IMG/VR virus record: IMGVR_UViG_3300035698_035310
Location: 1 to 64,000 of that record
Reading direction: 5' to 3' (one strand)
Length of the DNA: 64,000 bases
Shown here: in pieces, positions 38,972-49,926 of the stretch
Numbering within the stretch: position 1 is the stretch's first letter
How the letters are laid out: each line of letters opens with the position of its first letter
Program-made: the position numbers and the translations under genes
The notes under the pieces: generated by a model
Told to the model about the DNA's origin: nothing
What the model saw: the letters and a program-made list of their open reading frames with translations, nothing else
The model's database searches: none

Positions 38972-39565
38972 TTTACACCTTATTACTTCACCGCGTGAAT
39001 ATGTGACAACTATGACACATAACTCGGATTATCTTCAGTCTTGCAAGACTAATAAACCATCATGGAAAAAAGCGGATCGTTCATTTCATACACTCGAAAA
39101 TGGTGACAAATTATTTAATGTGTACTATGATAATGGTAAATTATGCGTGCAAAGATGGTATCAAAAAAGTGCTAAAATTGAATCTAATGATCTTCATCGA
39201 TTGGATGGTCCAGCATATATATCTTATTATGAAAATGGCATGTATTATCGATCTTCGTGGTGGATCAATGGAAATTCTATTTCAGGCAAAGTGATGCGAT
39301 CATGGTTAAAAGAAAATAATATTTCTTCGCCATATTCAGATGAAGATCAAATGGCAATAATATTAAGGTGGGGATGAAAACTGATATATCATCAGATGAT
39401 GAAAAAGAATTGATGTATTATATTAAAATGTATAGTCTTGGTTTTCATGGCGCAATTAATTTATTGCGATCTGATGGTATGTTAGAATATTTGGTTGATA
39501 CTGAAACAGTTAAGTTAGATATTTTAACACACGCAATAGCGAAGAAAATACGTGATACTAAATAA
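38958..39565 (+). CDS. HRLDGPA-repeat protein (38958-39377) and small hypothetical (39368-39565)
   Basis: LHRLDGPAYISY...WWING. Confidence 0.6.
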
Positions 39566-39658
39566 CAATGGGCGATTAATCTGGCGAAAATAGGGGTAAA
39601 AGGTGAAGCTCCCCCTTCAGGCGGGTTCAATTCCACGCATCGTCCACAAATACCCTAT

Positions 39659-39731
39659 GGCTGGGGTGCTAGGAACACAGTTGTCCTTCATATGGATAAT
39701 GCGCAGGGGGCGGAACCCTGACCAGCTACCA
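39659..39731 (+). tRNA. tRNA(CAT), Met or Ile2
   Basis: tgtcc-ttCATat-ggata; ACCA; non-standard T loop. Confidence 0.6.
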
Positions 39732-39738
39732 ATACCAT

Positions 39739-39813
39739 GCTCTTGTAACATAATGGCTAATGTGAGCGTCTCATAAACGTTTGAAGAAGGTTCGATTCCT
39801 TCCTGGAGTACCA
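39739..39813 (+). tRNA. tRNA(CAT), probably Ile2 (lysidine)
   Basis: agcgt-ctCATaa-acgtt; ACCA. Confidence 0.8.
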
Positions 39814-39973
39814 ATAAAAGACTTGACATAACTTTCAAGTTTTGATATATTGTACATAGAAGAAACATACATTACATATCCGCCTAGCGGAAATTTAAAT
39901 CAAGGAGGTGAGCCTAGCTTACTATTCGTGATGTATGTTTCTTCTATTTTTTTGACTAAAATAAAGGTAACAC

Positions 39974-40621
39974 ATGACGAACAGAGTAGTTTTAGTAAGA
40001 CACGGACAAAGCACCGGAAATGCAGACGGTAGTTTTTATAAACACAATGTAGACGCCGCTGTATGTTTAACGCAACTTGGTGTAAGCCAAGCGTTACATG
40101 CTGGTCAAAAACTTGATGAATTGCGTGGTCATTTAAAATGGCCTTGGCACGGTGTTTTAGCGTTCACCTCAGAATATACAAGAGCGCAACAAACAGGTAG
40201 AATTGTTCTTGATAAAATGGGTCTTAAGCATATTGATATGACAATAACACCCGCGATAAATGAACGCATGTATGGTGATAATGACACGCCACCAGATTGG
40301 CATAAAAACGCTTATGCAGTATGTTCTAATGGTGAATCGTTATTAGCCGCACAGGCAAGATTTAACGGATGGTGGGCAACGATGGAGCCTAATCTATCAC
40401 AGAGAGATATCGTTTTATTTTGTCATGGTGAAATAATGAAAAGTATAACTGCGACATTACTCAATCTATCACCAACAGAATTGGTTAAAGTGTCGACACC
40501 GAATGCGGTCCCAGTTATATTTGAACGAACTGTTGATTCTTTAACGGGACGATCAACATACAATCCATCAATTCATACATTTAAACGTTATGATGATACA
40601 GCAACCGACGTAATTCATTAA
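39974..40621 (+). CDS. Histidine phosphatase (phosphoglycerate mutase family)
   Basis: LVRHGQS, S...RA.QT, INER..G, FCHGE. Confidence 0.9.
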   Translation: MTNRVVLVRHGQSTGNADGSFYKHNVDAAVCLTQLGVSQALHAGQKLDELRGHLKWPWHGVLAFTSEYTRAQQTGRIVLDKMGLKHIDMTITPAINERMYGDNDTPPDWHKNAYAVCSNGESLLAAQARFNGWWATMEPNLSQRDIVLFCHGEIMKSITATLLNLSPTELVKVSTPNAVPVIFERTVDSLTGRSTYNPSIHTFKRYDDTATDVIH

Positions 40622-40630
40622 GGGGGTAAC

Positions 40631-40840
40631 ATGACAATACCAGTTGCATTATATATAAAAAAGGCTGATGATGGATTTGATTTGGTCGTGAAAACATTAA
40701 ATGATGGCGTTGAGCATTTTGTAAATGATAATACAATAACAACCACGACAGAAGCGTTTGAATTGTTTGAGTTTTTGAAAGATAAATCAAATGAGAATGA
40801 AAATTATGACATTCAATATGTTAGTGATAATATATTATAA
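40631..40840 (+). CDS. Hypothetical protein
   Basis: AAGGGGG RBS. Confidence 0.5.
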   Translation: MTIPVALYIKKADDGFDLVVKTLNDGVEHFVNDNTITTTTEAFELFEFLKDKSNENENYDIQYVSDNIL

Positions 40841-41386
40841 GATTTTCATAACAGTTAATAACTGTATTATTCCTACGACACCTGCTTCAACACTTTCGTC
40901 ATGCATTTCGTCGACTCCTTCAAATGTTAATGAAGGAATATTATGTTGATCACAAAAATATCTTAAACTGTGTTCGGGTGCAGGTTGATAATAGTGTGGC
41001 AATCCCATTAACGATGCTATATTACTGGCACATTTATTTGGGAATACTGCTATTTCGTCAAGACCCGTTATAGGGGTGCTATGACAATCGATAACCAATT
41101 GTGATTGTTTGGTTTTCTCTTTAATTATATTGACCATATCGTCTAATTCAAGTATATTAGTTGATTGGTCGCCATATGCACGATTTAAGTTAACTCCGTT
41201 GAATTCACGGGTTTTATCGATGAATGCAGGTCGATTGGCGATAGGTATTATATGCACCCCATTATTTGGTGGTATTATTTTTGATAATTCTTGACATATT
41301 TCCACACCTATAGGCTCATTGCCATGTTGTCCGCCAATTATTAAACATTTAGAGGATGGTTTATCATATAATTCAAACAGTTTCAT
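40835..41386 (-). CDS. Succinylglutamate desuccinylase/aspartoacylase-like M14 hydrolase, late
   Basis: GGQHGNE, NLNRAY, DCHS, TFEG; GATAAATA upstream on minus strand. Confidence 0.8.
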   Translation of the reverse strand: MKLFELYDKPSSKCLIIGGQHGNEPIGVEICQELSKIIPPNNGVHIIPIANRPAFIDKTREFNGVNLNRAYGDQSTNILELDDMVNIIKEKTKQSQLVIDCHSTPITGLDEIAVFPNKCASNIASLMGLPHYYQPAPEHSLRYFCDQHNIPSLTFEGVDEMHDESVEAGVVGIIQLLTVMKIL

Positions 41387-41450
41387 ATTTATATTTATCG
41401 ATTACATAAATAATAAATAATATAGGATCGTATGAAAACCGGAACAAATT

Positions 41451-42050
41451 ATGAATCAAAAACAATTTAAAAATTATCTTAATGATGTCATCGAAGAGAA
41501 AAGCACCATTGTTGAAGATGATGCCAACAAGAAACCCGATGAAAGCGCTGTCTCCAGCAAAATAACTCCTATTTCTTCCAAGATAAAAAATATCAAAGAA
41601 GCCAACGCAACCGTTGCGTCAGAACGGATACCAATTGAAGAAATTAAAACTGATATTGTCGAAGAAACAAAAAATATTGTTGCTGTTATCGCAGAAAATC
41701 CTGATCTTAATGAACATCAAGAACTTGGCGCTGGAACGGTGTTAATTCTTGAAGCATTAAACAAATTAATAGACAAAGTGGATGTTCTTATCAACACCGC
41801 GCCGCCTGAAATTATCGTCCCTGCACCAATAGTAAAACTTACTTTACCGGAAAGCAAGAATGTTGTTAAAAGAATTGTTCGCAATGAAGAAACTGGTTTA
41901 ATAGACCATATAGTAGAATCACCAGAAGAACCACTTTTAGAACAAGTCGTTGTTACGCCAGAAAAACCAACAATTAAAAAAGCAGTGGCAAAGAAGGCAC
42001 CAGTTAAGAAGGCACCTCCTAAAAAAGCAACAAAGGAAAAAAGTAAATGA
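41451..42050 (+). CDS. Late hypothetical (possibly virion) protein with KKAP-rich tail
   Basis: CATAAATA upstream; VKRIVRNEETGLI. Confidence 0.6.
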   Translation: MNQKQFKNYLNDVIEEKSTIVEDDANKKPDESAVSSKITPISSKIKNIKEANATVASERIPIEEIKTDIVEETKNIVAVIAENPDLNEHQELGAGTVLILEALNKLIDKVDVLINTAPPEIIVPAPIVKLTLPESKNVVKRIVRNEETGLIDHIVESPEEPLLEQVVVTPEKPTIKKAVAKKAPVKKAPPKKATKEKSK

Positions 42051-42661
42051 CCTTATTAGTACCAGATGCAGCAGAAACAATAATTTAATCCAATTTTTTG
42101 AATAAAACCCCATCGGAAGATTTAGTCATTAGATTATATGCTAACGATGTGACACCCGCAGAGTCCGATACAGAAGCAGATTACACAGAAGCAACTGGCG
42201 GCGGCTATGTTGATGGAACGGCAGAAGTTAATGATGATAATGTTCTTGAACTTTCGACCTTCGAATTTGTTGCTTCTGGTGGTGTAGATGTTGATGGAAC
42301 TGCTGATATAGACAATACCGATATAGATAATATCAAAATACTTGACGAAGAATATATTGTCGGTGTATATCTTAACGCGAATGATCTGGTAATTGAAGAA
42401 GCATATAGCACAGAAGAAATATTGGCATTAGATGATGAATTCTTATTAAATTATCAATTGTTCGAACATTCTGATTTTGTTAAAAAAGACGAATCACAAA
42501 CCATATTGCAATTCGTTGAAGAGTGTATATTGTTATACGATATGAATGATGAAAAACGTTCTGTCGTTTTAGAAGAAACATTGAATACAATTCAAATTAA
42601 AAACATTAAAAGTGCAAACGATATAGAAAACGAAATATTTGCACTTTACGAACTGCTTTAA
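42047..42661 (+). pseudogene. Acidic phage protein with in-frame TAA at 42086-42088
   Basis: ATG overlaps upstream stop; MTLLVPDAAETII*SNFLNKTPSEDLVIRLYANDVTPAE...EATGGGY. Confidence 0.55.
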
Positions 42662-42951
42662 TATATCACAAATTACATTTAAAGATTGACAATTGTGGCA
42701 ACACGTGATAAAAATATCATGCGTAAGTTTCGAAGAAAACGTCGTGTATAAAATAGATTATAAGATTAGGCGCATGTAGGTACATTGGATATCGAGCGTG
42801 ATATATGATTTATGTAGATGTGAAAAATTAACATAAGTTTCTTGAGCGATAAGTACTATATTTAACTATGTTACTTGAATAAGTGTCCCACTAACCGTCT
42901 AATATTAGAAGAATAAAGTGGGACACTTATCACAATTTAAAGGAGAATAAA

Positions 42952-43155
42952 GTGTTTAATCGTAAAAAGCCACATTGTCATTATTATCGCAACGGTGAAT
43001 ATTTTGATCATGGTAGATATATATTCGATAAAAAACCCAATCGCGGTGATATCATAGCACCATTTAGAAATAATGCGGGTGATATAAAATTTAGAGTATT
43101 ATCAATTGAATTGGATGATGATGTGTTTAAAATAGAAATAGAAACAGTGGAGTAA
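42952..43155 (+). CDS. Hypothetical protein
   Basis: AAGGAG RBS, GTG start. Confidence 0.6.
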   Translation: MFNRKKPHCHYYRNGEYFDHGRYIFDKKPNRGDIIAPFRNNAGDIKFRVLSIELDDDVFKIEIETVE

Positions 43156-43159
43156 AAAA

Positions 43160-44974
43160 ATGATTACAAAAACAAACAAACTGCTAATTTGTAAAGCTGG
43201 TGAAGTAGTGACTATTCAGGGTTGGGTTCATAGAACACGCGACCATGGCGGACTTACTTTCATCGATTTCCGCGATTATGAAGGATTGGTGCAGTGTGTT
43301 TTTGACAATTATGGTGGTACGGTTGATTATCATCATTTGCGGGATGAGTCTGTCGTCCGAATGACTGGTGCTGTCAGATTGCGACCAACGGGAACGGAAA
43401 ATCCTAACTTGCGTACAGGCGACATTGAGATTGAAGTTAGTGAGATAGAAATATTGAACGGCGCGGATGTGTTGCCATTTAAGGTGTTTGCTGAAGAAGA
43501 AGAATATACGCCGTCTTTGGAACAACGATTAAAATATCGTTATTTGGACTTGCGTCGTGATGAAAATCAAAAAATGTTGAAGTTGCGGTCTGATGTTCAG
43601 CATTTTATCAGAAACTACATGCATGATCAAGAATTCATAGAAGTTCAAACGCCTACCTTATCGTCGACGTCACCAGAAGGAGCAAGAGATTTTTTGATTC
43701 CGAGCAGAATACACAAAGGTCAAGTATATTCATTAATTCAATCACCACAAATTCAAAAACAATTGCTAATGGCGAGCGGTGTAGAAAAATACTATCAATT
43801 ATGTCGCTGTTGGCGCGATGAGGCGTCACGTTCTGATCGCGCACTTGAATTTACACAGTTGGATTTAGAAATTGGATTTGGCACACAAGAAATGGTGTTT
43901 AGTTTAGTTGAACCATTGTTGACAGAGATGTTTGAATCATATGGACTAGGATGGAAGTTGAATCAATCACCGAGATATGATGATGGCGATCATGGATTTG
44001 TGAGAATACCATATAAAGAATCAATTGAAAAATATGGCACGGATAAACCCGATCTACGGGCGAGTCTTGAAATGACCGATGTGACTATTTTATTCAAGAA
44101 GCAAGGGCCGCAATTCATTGTGGATGCTGTTGAATCAGGACAAATAGTTAAAGCAATACATCTTACGGATGCAGATGGATTAAGTGGTAAATTCTACAAA
44201 GATATTGAAAAATATGCTCAAGAGTTGGGTATGCCGGGATTGGGATATGTCAAATCTGGTTTCAGTGTAGATAATGGCGGAAACCCCGGACCATTGGCTA
44301 AAATGATGAATGCTGGACAATTGACGCAGTTAAGATCAATAGTTGGGTTTAATCCTTTATCTAGTGACACACAGGCAACCTTCCTTATGGTTGGGCATCC
44401 TAAAGCAGTAAACGCATGGGGTGCCGATTTACGGGTTGAGTTATCCAAGCGAACCAAAAACTTTGATGAAGAATCTTATGAGTTTTGTTGGATTGTAGAT
44501 TTTCCATTTTTTGAAGAAAATGAAGAAACGGGAAAGATTGATTTCTCGCATAATCCATTTAGTATGCCAAAAGGTGGCATGGAAGCATTGGAAAATAAAA
44601 ATCTGTTGGATATTTTAGCTTGTCAGTATGACACGGTTCTGAACGGAATGGAAATTAACAGTGGTGGCGAACGAAACTATAATCCAGAAATTATGAAAAA
44701 AGTTTTTGAAATAGTCGGATATGATGAATCGGTAGTTGAAGAAAAGTTTCCTTCGTTGTGGGGGGCGATGAAACTTGGTCATCCCCCTTGCGCTGGTTGT
44801 GCACCGGGTATAGACCGATTGATACAATTATTGATGTTTAAAGATGGTGGGCATATAAGAGATGTGACGGCATTTCCAATAGGTTCAAATGGGATTGATT
44901 TATTAATGGGGGCACCATCTGTGCCATCGGATGAACAAATTAAAGAGTTGGGTATTAAATTTCAGAAGAAATGA
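43160..44974 (+). CDS. aspS: Aspartyl-tRNA synthetase (bacterial GAD-domain type, probably non-discriminating)
   Basis: RDHGGLTFIDFRD, RLKYRYLDLRR, TPEGARDF, QSPQ..KQLLM, WRDE, HNPFSMP, APGIDRL. Confidence 0.97.
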   Translation: MITKTNKLLICKAGEVVTIQGWVHRTRDHGGLTFIDFRDYEGLVQCVFDNYGGTVDYHHLRDESVVRMTGAVRLRPTGTENPNLRTGDIEIEVSEIEILNGADVLPFKVFAEEEEYTPSLEQRLKYRYLDLRRDENQKMLKLRSDVQHFIRNYMHDQEFIEVQTPTLSSTSPEGARDFLIPSRIHKGQVYSLIQSPQIQKQLLMASGVEKYYQLCRCWRDEASRSDRALEFTQLDLEIGFGTQEMVFSLVEPLLTEMFESYGLGWKLNQSPRYDDGDHGFVRIPYKESIEKYGTDKPDLRASLEMTDVTILFKKQGPQFIVDAVESGQIVKAIHLTDADGLSGKFYKDIEKYAQELGMPGLGYVKSGFSVDNGGNPGPLAKMMNAGQLTQLRSIVGFNPLSSDTQATFLMVGHPKAVNAWGADLRVELSKRTKNFDEESYEFCWIVDFPFFEENEETGKIDFSHNPFSMPKGGMEALENKNLLDILACQYDTVLNGMEINSGGERNYNPEIMKKVFEIVGYDESVVEEKFPSLWGAMKLGHPPCAGCAPGIDRLIQLLMFKDGGHIRDVTAFPIGSNGIDLLMGAPSVPSDEQIKELGIKFQKK

Positions 44975-45965
44975 TGTCCCATTCTGATTCCCATATTTCA
45001 ACTAGATTATAACCTGCATTTATTATACGCTGGCGTTTTAGTTGAGTTTCTTCGTGTAAATGACCCATCGTTTTATGGTTTACTTTGTTTATGATATCTG
45101 GGGTATATTTATTTGGATTGCCGTGCCAATAATCGCCCCAGAATTCATATATTGTATTATCTATAAGACCATCAACGCAAATTTTACCAGTTTTTATATT
45201 ATCATTTAACGATATAACGACTTGCCTATTATTATGATTATTTGGCACCGAGATATGATCTAACCAACTATCTTGTTTTTTCCATTTTATCTTACATAGT
45301 TTACATCCTCCTGATGATGTATCCAGCAACGATTTAGAAGCCGTAAGGATGGGCTGGTTGTGTTTTTTGCATACCAAGTTAGTTATAGGATAATGAACGC
45401 CTGTATGCGCCGCATTTGCCCAATCTAGGTTATTGTATTGTTCCATTCCAAACACTGATATGTATCTATTTTTATATTCTTCTAATGTGATTGATTTAAA
45501 TAATGATAACGATTCGTTTCCACACTTAAGACATCCACCAGTAGCAGATTTTAATAAATCTTTTGGGCAAGACATTATAGGTTCATTATGGATTTTACAT
45601 ATTAAATTATCAACGGATGATAACGCCCCGTTATATGATGAATCGCACCAATTTAATTTATCGTGTTTATATATGCCGAATATTTTTATATATTCATTTC
45701 GAAATATAATAAGTGATTTTTTATTGGGATTGCAGTTGGATTTATGTTCAGTTATGCATTGGGGGCAACCACCATTGCCATTATATATCAAATTGTTGGC
45801 ATGCTGTGAAACTAATTGATTGTGTATTATACATAGTAAATTGTTTATTGGTTTATGTATACTAATATATTCAGCATTTGACCAATTTAGATTATCAAAT
45901 TTGTTTTGACCATGCTTTTTAATATAACGTTCTTTTATTGTGTTTAGGTTTATATTTCTTGACAT
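44955..45965 (-). mobile_element. Free-standing endonuclease with Vsr/DUF559-like C-terminus and repeated C-x2-H/CxxC modules
   Basis: LCIIH...GCPQC repeats; IYEFWGDYWHG; GYNLVEIWESEW; late promoter upstream. Confidence 0.75.
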
Positions 45966-46091
45966 TATTGCTTCCTTGCTTTACTATATAAATAGTTTTG
46001 GGGACACCAGTTACTTCCTTGCAACTGCTGTTTAGATGTCCTACCATCTAAACTTACCCTATATCTATTTATCAATAAAATTGGAAATCAA

Positions 46092-46598
46092 ATGCTTAAA
46101 TTAATGGAACAAATTGAAAACTTCAACGATCCACGTAAAGATGGGTTGTTGAAGTTCCATCAAGATAATATGGATTTTGTTAATACCGCAAAAGGGTCTT
46201 CGCATAACCATCAGGCATGGGAAGGTGGATATAAAGATCATATTGCTGAAACCTTGCGTATTGCTGATGTCGTTTATGCTGGAATGTCGCAAATACGTGA
46301 AATGCCATTTGAACTTGATTCGGGCAAAATTTGTTTATTATTGCACGATATTGAGAAAATATGGAAATATTCAACGGGTGAAGATATCAATAAACAGTCT
46401 TGGTATACTAATATCTTACCAACAGTTTATAAAGTTGAATTGACCGATGATGAAATGAATGCATTAGAATATACACATGGCGAAGTTGACGATCACTCTA
46501 AAACAGAGAGAAAAATGGGTCGACTAGCAGCATTTGTTCATGCTTGTGATTGTATGTCAGCAAGATTGTGGCACGATGAAGGTAAAGGATTGGGCTAA
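46092..46598 (+). CDS. HD-domain phosphohydrolase
   Basis: HQAWEGG..DH, LLHDIEK, H..D. Confidence 0.85.
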   Translation: MLKLMEQIENFNDPRKDGLLKFHQDNMDFVNTAKGSSHNHQAWEGGYKDHIAETLRIADVVYAGMSQIREMPFELDSGKICLLLHDIEKIWKYSTGEDINKQSWYTNILPTVYKVELTDDEMNALEYTHGEVDDHSKTERKMGRLAAFVHACDCMSARLWHDEGKGLG

Positions 46599-46701
46599 AT
46601 AAAAACATAGGCGGTAGGATAAGTGCTCCACACATGGTGGTAATGATTATTTAATCGGCAATATGCTATACCCAGCGCCCGTTGATGCGTGGTAACAGAA
46701 A

Positions 46702-47130
46702 TCAACTACTTTCTAATTTTGCTACTTCTGATTCCCAATCGATGGGAAGTATTTCACGAATATGGCTATATTTAAATTTTATAATATGTTTTGCTGGATC
46801 GCTGTCGCCATAATCGAAATCAAGTTTGTGCTCTATGCATTCACTTGATACAAGTTCAATTGAGCAATATGGATTGGATGAACTAGCGAGTGGTTCTACA
46901 TATATTGGTAATGTGTTTTTGACTATGAAATTAACCACATTAATCATCGATAGTTCTACTGATTGTCTAATGGTTACATCAAATGTTTTATTTTTCATGT
47001 CGATTGAGCATTTTTCAATATTTCGTGTAATACATGCTTGATCTTTGTAAAATATAGCATGACCAAAAATCACACGAAATTGATATTTAAGAACAGGCAT
47101 CATCATGCCTTGTTTTTCTTTTTTTGTCAT
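46702..47130 (-). CDS. Possible tail-tube-like late protein
   Basis: MMPVLKYQFRVIF resembles jumbo-phage tube N-termini; TATAAATA upstream. Confidence 0.4.
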   Translation of the reverse strand: MTKKEKQGMMMPVLKYQFRVIFGHAIFYKDQACITRNIEKCSIDMKNKTFDVTIRQSVELSMINVVNFIVKNTLPIYVEPLASSSNPYCSIELVSSECIEHKLDFDYGDSDPAKHIIKFKYSHIREILPIDWESEVAKLESS

Positions 47131-47191
47131 TATTAATTCCTATAAAGATGAGGGGGTATAATAATATTTATACTATAAATTAAGTGTGGTT

Positions 47192-47951
47192 TTAAAGGGT
47201 TTCGTCGGATTTATTTTTTTCACGCGATCCCTGTGATAACAAATCAAATAATGCTTCTTTGTTTGCTTTTTTTAGGTCATTGTCGACCATATATGATTTA
47301 TAATCTTTTATGATTTTTTGTACTGCTTGTTTATCACCAGTATGCAATGCTGTTTTATATGCATCATATATATCATCGCGATTTACTTTTTCTAAATTGT
47401 ACTCAGTTCTTATTATATTTCTTAATCGAACGTCGTCTGGAAGGTTTCTGCCGACACCACGACCACGTTCGTTTTTGTCCCATGTTTTACCAGCATACTT
47501 TTTTAACGCTGCTTTGGCGTCGGGTCCGCCAGCCCCCACAATGCCAGCATTTGCTGCATTTGCGGTATTTGCAATACCTTTGCCGACGTTTTTTGCAATA
47601 TCTGCAACGCCTTCATCTATATTTTCAAATAGTTCTATAAGTTTCATACTATTATTTATAAATAACTACATGAGAGCAAAAGAATTTATAACAGAATACA
47701 TCGGTGATTTGAGTGATTGGGTAATATTATCCAAAAATGCTATATTGTCGAGAATTGCAAAGGGTGAAATACCCAATAATCCAGATTCCATAAAGAAAGC
47801 CGCTATGGATTTGGCTTCACGTATAAAAGATTCCAATGGTGATCCAATACAAGATGTAAGTCCTGAAATGCTTGCTGCCGAAGTAGAACGTCAGATTGAA
47901 TATGATAATTTGTATGACAATTCTCATCTGGGTGGAAAAATACCACAATAA
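47192..47951. CDS. Divergent late genes 47192-47647 (-, MKLIELFE) and 47670-47951 (+, MRAKEFITE)
   Basis: Overlapping back-to-back TATAAATA at 47653-47664. Confidence 0.6.
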
Positions 47952-48015
47952 CTATTGACACGTATATATAACGTGTTATTATCATAAACTATTATATCGA
48001 ACAAGGAGAAGTATT

Positions 48016-48444
48016 ATGGCCTTACTTAAGGGTACTGGTGTTCTTGTATACGATCCTCCTCGTCCGGGTATGAAAAATACTGATTGGTGGATTGTAGTGA
48101 ACACCGATAATGAAATTTGCCGCTACTATCGTTGGTGGGTTTGGAAACGGTACATGATCGTTCTGAACCAGCCTTCTTGGGGTGCACACATTTCCGTTCT
48201 TCGTGGTGGTAAGCCACGCGAGGACAAAATTCATTTGTGGAAAAAGTATCAAGGTGAAAAAATTGATTTTGAATATTCACCAAACATTCATCAACAGGGT
48301 GATGACACTGGTGATTTAGGACCACACTGGTTTGTTGATGCATGGTCTGAGCGTCTTAGCGACATTCGCGAAGAACTTGGTTTCACAAACGAATTTGGTG
48401 GGAAAAAGATTAAGTATCACCTAACTTGTGGGCGTACCAACTAG
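48016..48444 (+). CDS. Second 2H phosphoesterase-like protein
   Basis: WGAHISV and YHLTCG. Confidence 0.65.
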   Translation: MALLKGTGVLVYDPPRPGMKNTDWWIVVNTDNEICRYYRWWVWKRYMIVLNQPSWGAHISVLRGGKPREDKIHLWKKYQGEKIDFEYSPNIHQQGDDTGDLGPHWFVDAWSERLSDIREELGFTNEFGGKKIKYHLTCGRTN

Positions 48445-48496
48445 GTACGTCCTTTTTTCTTGACTTAATTTAATATGAGTGTATAATATATTTAAT

Positions 48497-48572
48497 GTCG
48501 TGGTGGCGAAATTGGTAACGCGATGGCTTGCAAAGATATTTATTGGGTGTTCGAGTCACCCCCACGACTCCA
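48497..48572 (+). tRNA. tRNA-Cys(GCA)
   Basis: atggc-ttGCAaa-gatat; TCCA; own promoter at ~48460. Confidence 0.75.
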
Positions 48573-48591
48573 AATTTTAAAGGAGATATTC

Positions 48592-49416
48592 ATGAGTAAC
48601 GTTATTGGTGGGCAACAACGGGTTAGATTAATATTTGATAAACGTGCGTCAAATGTTCTATTTGCGAAAGGTCAAAAACGATTATTCAGTGAACCAAATG
48701 GCACTAATCTTATGTTGACTCCTATTATGGGCGGTGGCATCGAAAAAGCAGGTCGCCGTGGTAGTAATAAAAACGGTAAAGTCAATATGGGTGATGAGAT
48801 ATTTCACGATAAAAAAACTGATTGTGCAGAAACTGTTTTATATTATGGAACAAAAGATGCAATGAATTACTATCCTGTTCGGGGACAAGCGCAAATCTAT
48901 CGATCTGGTTATCAATATTATATTGATGAAGTCGATAAATCAAAATATGCGGAATTTGGAAAAGTAACCATTGATTATATTGACGCGTTCGATGAGGATG
49001 ATATTGAAAAATTAAGTTTCGACTTCAATACACCCGCATCGAATAAATATTTTTCTGATATTTTAAGAAATCGCGCAAATGGCGTAGTTGAACCGGGTCG
49101 TATGGCATTATTTTTATATAACGGCAAACCAGCAATTAATTTTTCACCAACTGGTAATGCCATGGCGTTTGCCAAGGTATGGGCAAAAGGACCAGGTACG
49201 GTAAAGGGTGATTTCCATAAAGATGTTGTTAGAAATTTAAAACTTATCCCTGGATCGAGATATAAATTCATCGTTGATGCTTATGATGCTTATGATGCTG
49301 ATATTGTGTATTTGGAATATTTGTCGGAAGTTACTCATTTTGCACAAGTTGAGAAGTATGATTTTCCAGTTGTGACTGCATCCATTGTTCGTAAAAAAGG
49401 CGATTCTTGGGAGTAA
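48592..49416 (+). CDS. Hypothetical protein (true start ATG 48592)
   Basis: AAGGAG RBS; track start overlaps tRNA. Confidence 0.7.
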   Translation: MSNVIGGQQRVRLIFDKRASNVLFAKGQKRLFSEPNGTNLMLTPIMGGGIEKAGRRGSNKNGKVNMGDEIFHDKKTDCAETVLYYGTKDAMNYYPVRGQAQIYRSGYQYYIDEVDKSKYAEFGKVTIDYIDAFDEDDIEKLSFDFNTPASNKYFSDILRNRANGVVEPGRMALFLYNGKPAINFSPTGNAMAFAKVWAKGPGTVKGDFHKDVVRNLKLIPGSRYKFIVDAYDAYDADIVYLEYLSEVTHFAQVEKYDFPVVTASIVRKKGDSWE

Positions 49417-49424
49417 TAGAGTTT

Positions 49425-49853
49425 TTATGCTTGTAGTAAGTGTTTTTCTTGCATAAATTCAATAAATTTCATATCGGTTTTTTTAACATGTTCTTCGACG
49501 ACTAATGCGAACGATGTTAAGACTTCAATGTGTGATAAAGGGTCATTTGGGTCATTTGCGACACTTAATAGCATATCAGTCATAATTTTCATGTATTTAG
49601 CATGTTCAATTATGTGTTCATTAGCATATGGATATTTTTGTTTTTTCATGTATATATTTTCATCATGAAAGTGTATAAGCATAAAATCTATGAGATATAG
49701 TGCTTGTTCTTTGATTGTCGCATGATCTTTATCGTCGGCGAGACATTCCACTAGAATATTATATCTGTTAAATATTTCTTTGTGTGCATCATCGGTTGAT
49801 TTATCGAAGCACGTTAGAGTGTCGTCCCATTTAATCATTTGATAGTTTTCCAT
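49425..49853 (-). CDS. Hemerythrin family protein
   Basis: D..H, HF.DE..M, YP...EH..EH, H....D. Confidence 0.85.
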   Translation of the reverse strand: MENYQMIKWDDTLTCFDKSTDDAHKEIFNRYNILVECLADDKDHATIKEQALYLIDFMLIHFHDENIYMKKQKYPYANEHIIEHAKYMKIMTDMLLSVANDPNDPLSHIEVLTSFALVVEEHVKKTDMKFIEFMQEKHLLQA

Positions 49854-49926
49854 AGTGCTATAGTTTATTTATTGACATATATAAATAGATTTGTTATAAT
49901 TATTTATTAAAAGAGGAGAAATTAAT

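Noticed and set aside
46008-46027. Sixth Y-RNA motif (gttacttc)
   Set aside because: Lacks upstream GCGTAG-N6 and end-pairing stem; part of a local hairpin in an endonuclease leader.
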